Below are positions 1 through 7,295 of a DNA stretch of 34,484 nt, one piece after another (the stretch's first letter is position 1; each line of letters opens with the position of its first letter). Made by a program: the position numbers and the translations under genes. Below the pieces are notes generated by a model that saw only the letters and a program-made list of their open reading frames with translations, made no database searches and had not been told where the DNA came from. The stretch comes from an uncultured bacterium (GTDB lineage: Bacteria > Pseudomonadota > Alphaproteobacteria > SMXQ01). Location of the stretch: contig CBDUSV010000002.1 in assembly GCA_965369885.1 (NCBI GenBank), positions 1-34,484 of the forward strand. The letters run 5' to 3'.

Positions 1-318
1 GTCGGCATGCAGGCCTTCGAGTGGACCAAGCTGATCGTCGAAGAAGGGGTTCGTCCCTGGGGCAATCCCATGGGCGCGCCCCAGTTTGGCTCGACCTTCT
101 TCATGATCACCGGTTTCCACGGCTTTCACGTGTCGGTCGGGGTGTTGTTCCTGGTCCTGATCGCGCGGAAGGTTTGGCGTGGGGATTACGACACCCAGAA
201 GCGCGGCTTCTTCACCAGCCGCAAGGGCGAATACGGAATTGTCGAGACCATGGGCCTGTATTGGCATTTTGTCGATTTGGTGTGGGTCTTCATCTTTGCA
301 TTTTTCTATCTTTGGTAA
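1..318 (+). CDS. Cytochrome c oxidase subunit III, C-terminal part (5' end cut by window edge)
   Basis: Frame is open from base 1. The C-terminal sequence FMITGFHGFHVSVGVLFL...YWHFVDLVWVFIFAFFYLW is the conserved last two helices of COX3-family proteins. A subunit IV gene follows 9 nt downstream. Confidence 0.9.
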   Translation, partial: VGMQAFEWTKLIVEEGVRPWGNPMGAPQFGSTFFMITGFHGFHVSVGVLFLVLIARKVWRGDYDTQKRGFFTSRKGEYGIVETMGLYWHFVDLVWVFIFAFFYLW

Positions 319-327
319 GGCGTAAAC

Positions 328-660
328 ATGACACACGCAGACGCACACGTAGAAGGCCAACAACATCCTCTTGGTATCTATATCAAGATCTGGGCGTGGC
401 TCTTCGTCCTCAGCACCGGGTCCTATCTTGTCGACTTCTTTCACGTCCAGGGCTATCTCAGATGGACCCTGATCATCATCTTCATGCTTTTGAAGGCGGG
501 GCTGATCGTTTCCGTCTTCATGCACATGATGTGGGAGCGCCTTGCCCTGGTCTATGCCATCATGGTCCCACCGGTGGCGATAATGGTGTTTGTCTTCCTG
601 ATGACCCACGAAGCCGGCAACACCATCTTTTCGCGGGGCATCTTCTTCGCGGGGGGGTAA
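328..660 (+). CDS. Prokaryotic cytochrome c oxidase subunit IV family protein (COX4_pro-like)
   Basis: 110 aa with three hydrophobic helices and a histidine-rich N-terminus. The motif LLKAGLIVSVFMHMMWE is typical of bacterial oxidase subunit IV. It lies directly after subunit III. Confidence 0.8.
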   Translation: MTHADAHVEGQQHPLGIYIKIWAWLFVLSTGSYLVDFFHVQGYLRWTLIIIFMLLKAGLIVSVFMHMMWERLALVYAIMVPPVAIMVFVFLMTHEAGNTIFSRGIFFAGG

Positions 661-740
661 TCCGTGCCGCCGGACTGGGCCGTCGGGCCGGTGAACGCGC
701 TTTGCGCTAGCTCTTATTTGATGGCCTCGAAGGGGTCGGG

Positions 741-893
741 ATGTTGATTTCGCCAGCCTGGGCCCATGGTACCGGTGGCGTCGCCACCGGGTTGGGGCCA
801 TTGATTCTCCTTGGCATCGCCGTCGTGGCCGTCGTTTTCTTCATCGGCCGGAAGAAGTGGCGCGCGCGCCAGGACATGCGCGATAGCGATTGA
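741..893 (+). CDS. Candidate small membrane protein (50 aa), missing from the ORF track because it is under 60 aa
   Basis: My translation is MLISPAWAHGTGGVATGLGPLILLGIAVVAVVFFIGRKKWRARQDMRDSD. It has one clear TM helix followed by a positively charged tail. By my count, third codon positions are about 78% G/C. An AGGGG motif lies 5 nt before the ATG. The competing minus-strand ORFs (707..907, 714..1178) look like shadow ORFs. Confidence 0.35.
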   Translation: MLISPAWAHGTGGVATGLGPLILLGIAVVAVVFFIGRKKWRARQDMRDSD

Positions 894-899
894 GGTGCC

Positions 900-2399
900 A
901 TGACCAACGCCCCCTATGGCGAACTGGAACGGCACTTCCAACGGCTGGGGCGGGTGTCGGACGTCATAGCCATGCTCCATTGGGACATGGCGGCGATGAT
1001 GCCCCAAGGCGGCGTCGAGGCCCGCGGCGAACAGCTCGCCACCCTCAAGGTCATCGCCCATGAAATCCTCAACACCGCCGCCATGGCGGACCTGCTTGCC
1101 GCCGCCGAGGGCCAAAGGGTGGAACTCGACGACTGGCAGCGCGCCAATCTCCGCGAGATGCGCCGCATCTGGACTCACGCCACGGCGGTGACGCCCGAAT
1201 TGGTCGCGGCGCTGTCAAAGGCCTGCGCTTCGTGTGAGATGCTGTGGCGCCGGGCCAAGGATGAAAGCGACTTTGCCGCCGTACTCGAACCGGCCAAGGG
1301 GGTGCTCGCCCTGGTGCGCGAGGCCGCCCAGGCCAAGGGCGAAGCGCTCGGCTGCACGCCCTATGACGCGCTTTTGGACGAACATGAGCCCGGCGCCCGC
1401 GCCGCCGAAATCGACCCGGTGTTCGATGATCTGGCGGCATTCCTGCCCGGCTTCCTGGGCCAGGTGCTGGACCACCAGGCAAGCAAGCCGGCGCCTGTCT
1501 CCCTCGAAGGGCCGTTCGATGAGGACGCCCAGCGCCGCTTGTGTGCCGGGCTGATGGAGGTCGTCGGATTCGATTTCGACCATGGCCGCCTCGATATCAG
1601 CCATCATCCGTTCTGCGGCGGGGTGCCGGAAGATGTCCGCATCACGACGCGCTATATCACCGATGATTTCATGCCGGCGGTGATGGGGGTGCTGCACGAA
1701 ACCGGCCATGCCCTCTATGAACAAGGTCTGCCCAGGACATGGCGACATCAACCGGTGGGCCAAGCCCGCGGCATGGCGTTGCATGAGAGCCAGTCCCTGC
1801 TGGTGGAAATGCAGGCCTGCCGCAGCCGCGAATTCATCACCTTCATGGCGCCGTTGTTGCGCCGGGCCTTCGGCGGCGGCGGCGAGGCCTGGGAGGCGGA
1901 GAATCTCTACCGGCTCTATACCCGGGTCGCGCCGGGGATGATCCGTGTCGACGCCGACGAGGTCACCTATCCCTGCCACGTCATCATGCGCTACCGCCTG
2001 GAACAGGCCATCATCGCCGGGGATCTGGCGTTCGAAGACCTGCCCGGCGCCTGGAACGATGCCCTTGAGGGGTTCTTGGGGCTGAGGCCGGCCAATGACG
2101 GTGAAGGGTGCCTCCAGGACATCCACTGGTATGACGGCGCCTGGGGCTATTTCCCGACCTATTCCCTGGGCGCCATGGCGGCTGCGCAGTTGTTCGACGC
2201 CGCCAAGCGCGCCGACGCAGACACCATGACGCGTCTCGGTAAGGGCGATTTCACCACCGTCATCGCCTGGATGCGCGACAACGTCCACGGCCAGGGGTCG
2301 CGTCCGACAACCTCGGAATTGCTGTTGGCCGCGACGGGCAAGCCGCTTGAACCCGGGCTTTACAAGCAACATCTGAGGGACCGCTATCTGGGCGCGTAA
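900..2399 (+). CDS. M32 family metallocarboxypeptidase (carboxypeptidase Taq-like)
   Basis: Contains HPFCGG, the zinc motif HETGHALYEQG (HEXXH), HESQS, and IRVDADEVTYPCHVIMRYRLE, all M32 hallmarks. GAGG lies just upstream of the ATG. Confidence 0.93.
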   Translation: MTNAPYGELERHFQRLGRVSDVIAMLHWDMAAMMPQGGVEARGEQLATLKVIAHEILNTAAMADLLAAAEGQRVELDDWQRANLREMRRIWTHATAVTPELVAALSKACASCEMLWRRAKDESDFAAVLEPAKGVLALVREAAQAKGEALGCTPYDALLDEHEPGARAAEIDPVFDDLAAFLPGFLGQVLDHQASKPAPVSLEGPFDEDAQRRLCAGLMEVVGFDFDHGRLDISHHPFCGGVPEDVRITTRYITDDFMPAVMGVLHETGHALYEQGLPRTWRHQPVGQARGMALHESQSLLVEMQACRSREFITFMAPLLRRAFGGGGEAWEAENLYRLYTRVAPGMIRVDADEVTYPCHVIMRYRLEQAIIAGDLAFEDLPGAWNDALEGFLGLRPANDGEGCLQDIHWYDGAWGYFPTYSLGAMAAAQLFDAAKRADADTMTRLGKGDFTTVIAWMRDNVHGQGSRPTTSELLLAATGKPLEPGLYKQHLRDRYLGA

Positions 2400-2508
2400 G
2401 GGGGCCGGCGTGATGGTTGCCGATGCAAGGCGCGCGCTATAGTCTCACGGGCGGATATCACTCGATGCGGCTGGCGGCTGGCCGCTAAAGGGCTGTGATT
2501 CGGAGGTT

Positions 2509-3921
2509 TTGCCGTTGCGTTACATCAGCACCCGGGGCTCGGCGCCGGTCCTTGGCTTCAACGAAACCCTGTTGTGCGGGCTTGCCCGCGACGGCGGCCT
2601 TTACGTGCCCGAAGCCTGGCCCCAATTCACCGCCGACGACATTCGTGGCCTCAAGGGCCTGGGCTATGCCGATGCCGCCTTGCGCATCATGGCGCCGTTC
2701 GTCGAAGACGACATCGACGCCGCCACCTTCGCCGACCTGGTTGCCGCCACCTACCGGGATTTCGACCATGAAGCGGTGGCGCCCTTGAAACAGCTCGGGC
2801 CCAATGAGTGGCTGATGGAGCTGTTCCATGGCCCGACCCTGGCGTTCAAGGACTGCGCCATGCAGCTGCTGGGCAATCTGTTCGACCATGTGCTGGGCCA
2901 ACGCGGCGAGCGGGCGACGGTGGTCTGCGCCACCTCCGGTGACACCGGTTCGGCGGCGATCGAGGCCTGCCGTGACCACGCCGCCATCGATATCTTCGTC
3001 CTCCACCCCAAGGGCCGGGTGTCCGAGGTCCAGCGCCGCCAGATGACCACGGTGGCCGCCGCCAACGTCCACAATATCGCCATCGAGGGCACTTTCGACG
3101 ACTGCCAGGCCCTGGTGAAGGCGCTGTTCAACGATGCCGACTTCCGCGATGAGGTCCGCCTCACCGGCGTGAACTCCATCAACTGGGCCCGGATCCTGGG
3201 CCAGATCGTCTATTATTTCGTCGCCGCGGCGGAACTCGGCGCGCCCGACCAGCCCATCGCGTTCTCGGTTCCCACTGGGAATTTCGGCAACATCTACGCC
3301 GGTTACGCCGCCAGTCGCATGGGCCTTGGCATCGACCATCTGGTTTTGGTCACCAATAGCAACGATATCCTGGCGCGCTGTCTCGAGACCGGATGCTTGA
3401 AGACCGGCGAGGTCCGCCCGACGCTGTCGCCCAGCATGGACATCCAGGTGGCGAGCAATTTTGAGCGCTACCTGTTCGAGCTTTACGGCCGCGACGCCTC
3501 GCGCCTTGCCCAGCAAATGACGGCGTTCCACGACACCGGGGAGATTTCCCTGGACCAGGGGCTGCTTGGGGAAGCGCGCAAGATGTTCGATGGCCACTGT
3601 GTCGACGATGACGAGACCCTGGAGACCATCGCCCGGGTTCATGATGAATGTGGCGAGCTTTTGGACCCCCACAGCGCCGTAGCTGTCGCCGGAGGCCGGG
3701 CCCACCGCCGCGATCCTTCCGTGCCCATGGTCGCGCTCGCCACCGCCCATCCCGCCAAGTTCCCCGAAGCGGTCACCCGCGCCACCGGGATCAACCCGCC
3801 ATTGCCGGCGCGCCTCAAAGGGCTTTACGAGCGGCCCGAACAATACGAGACTCTGGGAAATGATGTCGCCGCCGTCCGCGGCTTCATCCGCGCCCACGCG
3901 TTAGAGAAGAGGGTGGCATGA
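2509..3921 (+). CDS. thrC: Threonine synthase
   Basis: The N-terminus RYISTRG and LARDGGLYVP plus the PLP-lysine motif FHGPTLAFKD identify it. The track start at 2509 is a TTG only 1 nt after GGAGG. TTG at 2515 (MRYISTRG) has better spacing and may be the real start. Confidence 0.95.
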   Translation: MPLRYISTRGSAPVLGFNETLLCGLARDGGLYVPEAWPQFTADDIRGLKGLGYADAALRIMAPFVEDDIDAATFADLVAATYRDFDHEAVAPLKQLGPNEWLMELFHGPTLAFKDCAMQLLGNLFDHVLGQRGERATVVCATSGDTGSAAIEACRDHAAIDIFVLHPKGRVSEVQRRQMTTVAAANVHNIAIEGTFDDCQALVKALFNDADFRDEVRLTGVNSINWARILGQIVYYFVAAAELGAPDQPIAFSVPTGNFGNIYAGYAASRMGLGIDHLVLVTNSNDILARCLETGCLKTGEVRPTLSPSMDIQVASNFERYLFELYGRDASRLAQQMTAFHDTGEISLDQGLLGEARKMFDGHCVDDDETLETIARVHDECGELLDPHSAVAVAGGRAHRRDPSVPMVALATAHPAKFPEAVTRATGINPPLPARLKGLYERPEQYETLGNDVAAVRGFIRAHALEKRVA

Positions 3922-5216
3922 CCGTCGAAGTCACGATTCTGGACAATGGCCTCAAGGTGGTGACCGACGCCATGGATACGGTCGAGACCGCCTCGGTCGG
4001 GGTCTGGGTCGGCGTCGGGGCCCGCCACGAGTCCAAGGACATCAACGGCGTCGCCCATCTGTTGGAGCACATGGCGTTCAAGGGCACCGAGCGGCGCAGC
4101 GCCAAGGATATCGCCGAGCAGATCGAAAATGTCGGCGGCCATCTCAACGCCTATACCTCGCGGGAGAACACGGCCTATTACGCCCGGGTGCTCAAGGACG
4201 ATGTGCCGCTGGCGGTCGATATCCTCGCCGACATCCTGCAGCATTCGATCTTCGATAAAGACGAGCTCGAGCGCGAACGCGCCGTCGTCATCCAGGAAAT
4301 CGGCCAGTCCTTCGACACCCCCGACGACATCATCTTCGACATGTTCCAGGAGATGGCCTATCCGCGCCAGTCCCTGGGCCGGCCCATTCTCGGCTCGGCG
4401 GAGATCGTTGGCGCCATGAGCCGCGAGGCGATTTCCGGCTATATGCGCGACAACTATTACGGGCCACGCATGGTGCTGGCGGCGGCGGGCCGTGTCGACC
4501 ATGGCGCCCTTGTCGATCTGGCCAAGGCCGAATTCGGCGGCCTGCCGTCCAGCCAACCTTTAGGGGCCGAGGGGGCGCGTTATGGCGGCGGCGAGGGCCA
4601 TCAACACCGCGACCTGGAACAGGTCCACCTGGTCGTCGGCTTCGATGGCATTCCCTATAAGGATCCGGATTTCTATGCGGTTTCCTTGTTGTCGAACTTG
4701 TTGGGAGGCGGCATGTCGTCGCGCCTGTTCCAGGAAATCCGCGAGAAGCGCGGGCTGGTCTATAGCATCTATAGTTTCTCCTCGAGCTACGCTGATGGCG
4801 GGCTGTTTGGGGTCTATGCCGGGACCGGCGAGAAAGAGGTCGAGGAGTTGATACCGGTGCTGTGCGACGAGATCAGCGCCATCGGCGCCACCGTCAAGGA
4901 AGAAGAGCTCAACCGGGTCAAGGCCCAGTTCAAGGCGGGCATGATGATGGCGTTGGAAAGCACCTCTGCGCGCTGTGAACGGCTCGGCCAGCACAGTTTG
5001 ATCTATGGCCATCCTCTGCCCCTTGACGAGGTTCTGGCCAAGGTCGAGGCCGTCGACATTGCCGCCATCAGCCGGGTCGCCGGGAGGCTCATAGCCAGCC
5101 GGCCGGTGTTCACCGCGCTGGGTCCGGTCGGCCGCGTCGAGGCCATGACGCCTGTCGCCGCGCGCTTCGGTGGCCGCGGCCAGGATCACTCCCAATCCGG
5201 TGGGGTGGGCCAATGA
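3918..5216 (+). CDS. M16 family zinc peptidase (pitrilysin / mitochondrial-processing-peptidase-like)
   Basis: Carries the inverted zinc motif HLLEHMAFKGT (HXXEH) followed by NAYTSRENTAYY. An ATGA overlap links it to the thrC stop. Confidence 0.9.
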   Translation: MTVEVTILDNGLKVVTDAMDTVETASVGVWVGVGARHESKDINGVAHLLEHMAFKGTERRSAKDIAEQIENVGGHLNAYTSRENTAYYARVLKDDVPLAVDILADILQHSIFDKDELERERAVVIQEIGQSFDTPDDIIFDMFQEMAYPRQSLGRPILGSAEIVGAMSREAISGYMRDNYYGPRMVLAAAGRVDHGALVDLAKAEFGGLPSSQPLGAEGARYGGGEGHQHRDLEQVHLVVGFDGIPYKDPDFYAVSLLSNLLGGGMSSRLFQEIREKRGLVYSIYSFSSSYADGGLFGVYAGTGEKEVEELIPVLCDEISAIGATVKEEELNRVKAQFKAGMMMALESTSARCERLGQHSLIYGHPLPLDEVLAKVEAVDIAAISRVAGRLIASRPVFTALGPVGRVEAMTPVAARFGGRGQDHSQSGGVGQ

Positions 5217-5884
5217 TGGATTTCTTGAGAGGGATGTTGCCGCCGGCCTCCGATGAACGGCTCAAGCATGGGCCGGTCTATCTGCGTCCGCCGCGCGAAA
5301 CCGATTGGCAGGCGTGGTCCGATCTGCGGCGCGAATCAGAGGATTTTCTCAGGCCCTGGGAGCCGGCATGGCCCCGGGACGCGTTGGGCCGTTCATCCTT
5401 CCGTCAGCGCCAGCGCCACTATACCGAGGAATGGCGCAACAGCACCGGCTACAGCTTTTTCATCTTTCGCACCGATGATGATGTGCTTTTGGGCGGCGTC
5501 AGCCTCACCAACCTGCGCCGCGGCGTTGCCCAATGCGCCTCGCTGGGCTACTGGATTGGCCAGCCTTACGCCCGAAATGGCTACATGTCCGAGGCGATAC
5601 AGTGCGTCCTGCCTTTCGCGTTCGAACGCCTCGGCCTGCATCGCGTCGAGGCCGCATGCCTGCCCACCAATACCGCGAGCCGGGGCCTTCTGGATAAGTG
5701 CGGCTTCCGCGAAGAGGGCTTCGCGCCCAAATACCTCAAGATCAATGGGGTGTGGAGCGACCACATGCTGTTCGCCATCCTGCGCGAGGAGTTGGGCAAG
5801 GCCAAGCCGTCACGGAGCAAGTCCGGGAACGGCGCGGAGGCGGCGGTAGAGAACTATCAGGAAGTTGAACAGGCGGCGAAATGA
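5213..5884 (+). CDS. GNAT family N-acetyltransferase (RimJ/RimL-like)
   Basis: GYWIGQPYARNGYMSEA and LHRVEAACLPTNTASRGLLDKCGFREEG match the Acetyltransf_3/RimJ pattern. An ATGA overlap links it to the M16 gene. Confidence 0.85.
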   Translation: MMDFLRGMLPPASDERLKHGPVYLRPPRETDWQAWSDLRRESEDFLRPWEPAWPRDALGRSSFRQRQRHYTEEWRNSTGYSFFIFRTDDDVLLGGVSLTNLRRGVAQCASLGYWIGQPYARNGYMSEAIQCVLPFAFERLGLHRVEAACLPTNTASRGLLDKCGFREEGFAPKYLKINGVWSDHMLFAILREELGKAKPSRSKSGNGAEAAVENYQEVEQAAK

Positions 5885-5908
5885 ATCCCGCTAAATTGCT
5901 GGGTGCGG

Positions 5909-6367
5909 TCAGACGCTGAACAGGAAATTCTGGGCCGCGCTGATCTGTTGCAGGAACAGGAACCAGCCTTCCTTGAACAAGTTGAAGATGCCATCACCAT
6001 AGAGCATCAGCACCAGCCCCACCGTGATCAGGGATGCGGTCGTCAGCACGATATTGCCGAAAATCATCAGGGGATGGTTCTTGCGGTCCTGTTTGCGGCG
6101 CTCGGGGGAGCGCCGTTCCGGGCCGACCACAATGCTGAGATAGACCCGCCGCCAGATCGGGATGGAGCAGCGGACTTCGATGGGGTGAACGCCATTCCAG
6201 TTGGAAAAGGCGAGGTCGATCACTTCGAGCTGTTCGTCGGTGAAGGCAATGCCGCTGTCGGTGGGGATGCGCGCCAACAGCTTCTCGACGGCGGGGGTAT
6301 CCGCCGTCATCCGCTGCCGTGTGGGCATCTGGATCACCGTGCCAGTACTTGCTGCATTGGTCGCCAT
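5909..6367 (-). CDS. Hypothetical membrane protein (no family recognised)
   Basis: Soluble N-terminal part followed by a hydrophobic segment, HPLMIFGNIVLTTASLITVGLVLMLYG. The opposite-strand ORF 5903..6406 has shadow-ORF composition rich in D/G/R/H. I prefer the ATG at 6367 to the track's TTG at 6433, but the start is uncertain. Confidence 0.5.
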   Translation of the reverse strand: MATNAASTGTVIQMPTRQRMTADTPAVEKLLARIPTDSGIAFTDEQLEVIDLAFSNWNGVHPIEVRCSIPIWRRVYLSIVVGPERRSPERRKQDRKNHPLMIFGNIVLTTASLITVGLVLMLYGDGIFNLFKEGWFLFLQQISAAQNFLFSV

Positions 6368-6544
6368 GGTTCTTGCTCGCCGTTCCCACTTCGCATAGTC
6401 AGATAAAGGCCGCAAAGACACCCGTCCCGCCAATTAGAGCAGGCCCATGGTAAAGGAATTGATAACCATGGCCGGAAACCGTGAAGGGGGAGGGCCGGGA
6501 ACCGGCGGATTCGGACTGTTTTCGTGGTTGGAGAGGCTGGCGGG

Positions 6545-7120
6545 CTAGGCGCGGCCCGATTGGCCCGACAGCTTGGTCAAATCAACGCCGAGTTTGGCCA
6601 TGGCGCGCTTCCACTTGGTGTCGATGTCCTTGTCAAACATCAATTCCTCGTCGGCGTCGACATTGAGCCAGCCATTGGCCTCGATTTCGGCGTCGAGTTG
6701 GCCAGGGCCCCAGCCGGCATAGCCCAAGGCGAGGAGATTGCGCCGTGGGCCCGATCCCCGGGCGATGCCCTTGAGAACATCGAGGGTGGCGGTCAGGGCG
6801 ATATCGTTGTCGACCAAAAGGGTCGACTTTTCCATGTAATCGGCGGTATGGAGAACAAAGCCCCGTCCCACTTCCACCGGCCCGCCGAACATCACCTGAA
6901 TCCTGTTGTCGGGGTCGGCGGTCTCGATTTTCAGTTGCTTCAACAAGTCGGTGAAGGTTATGGAATCAATCTGGCGGTTGATCACCAAACCCATTGCACC
7001 GTCACTGGTGTGGGCACAGATATAGATGATGGAGCGCGCGAATCGGGGATCGCCCATATGCGGCATGGCGATGAGAAGCTGTCCGGTGAAATATCCCGGT
7101 TCCGGTTTCACAGGCGGCAT
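6545..7120 (-). CDS. yqgE: YqgE/AlgH family protein (UPF0301)
   Basis: The N-terminus GQLLIAMPHMGDPRFARSIIYICAHTSDGAMGLVINR is the family signature, and the length of 191 aa fits. Confidence 0.9.
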   Translation of the reverse strand: MPPVKPEPGYFTGQLLIAMPHMGDPRFARSIIYICAHTSDGAMGLVINRQIDSITFTDLLKQLKIETADPDNRIQVMFGGPVEVGRGFVLHTADYMEKSTLLVDNDIALTATLDVLKGIARGSGPRRNLLALGYAGWGPGQLDAEIEANGWLNVDADEELMFDKDIDTKWKRAMAKLGVDLTKLSGQSGRA

Positions 7121-7295
7121 TGAAACACCAATTTCTGTCCCGTTAATCCTTTGCTAAGCTAGGTTAAAACATTGTAACAGACTTTTGATGTTATTTGATG
7201 AACAGGTTGCGGATTCTTGCGCTAAACCAGCATGTCCGAGTGCAAGCCGTCTGCCGGATTTGGAAAACCGTTTATTTTCAATATGTTGACATGAT

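Noticed and set aside
2485-3897. 470-aa minus-strand ORF exactly mirroring thrC. Similar long antisense ORFs are 1215..2372, 12968..14071, 14475..15878, 16679..17329, 21493..22494, 28250..29155 and 6524..7123.
   Set aside because: These are shadow ORFs typical of high-GC DNA. Their translations are rich in G, R, A, D and H with no recognisable domains. In every case the opposite strand encodes a clearly identifiable conserved protein with catalytic motifs.
6445-6471. Inverted repeat CCATGGT-N13-ACCATGG between yqgE and the downstream hypothetical gene, considered as a terminator.
   Set aside because: The stem is only 7 bp with a 13-nt loop and has no flanking U-run on the transcribed strand. 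It is too weak to call an intrinsic terminator.
7164-7178. Second CtrA-like element, TTAA aacatt GTAAC.
   Set aside because: Half-site spacing is 6 rather than 7 nt. With correct spacing the second half-site does not match.
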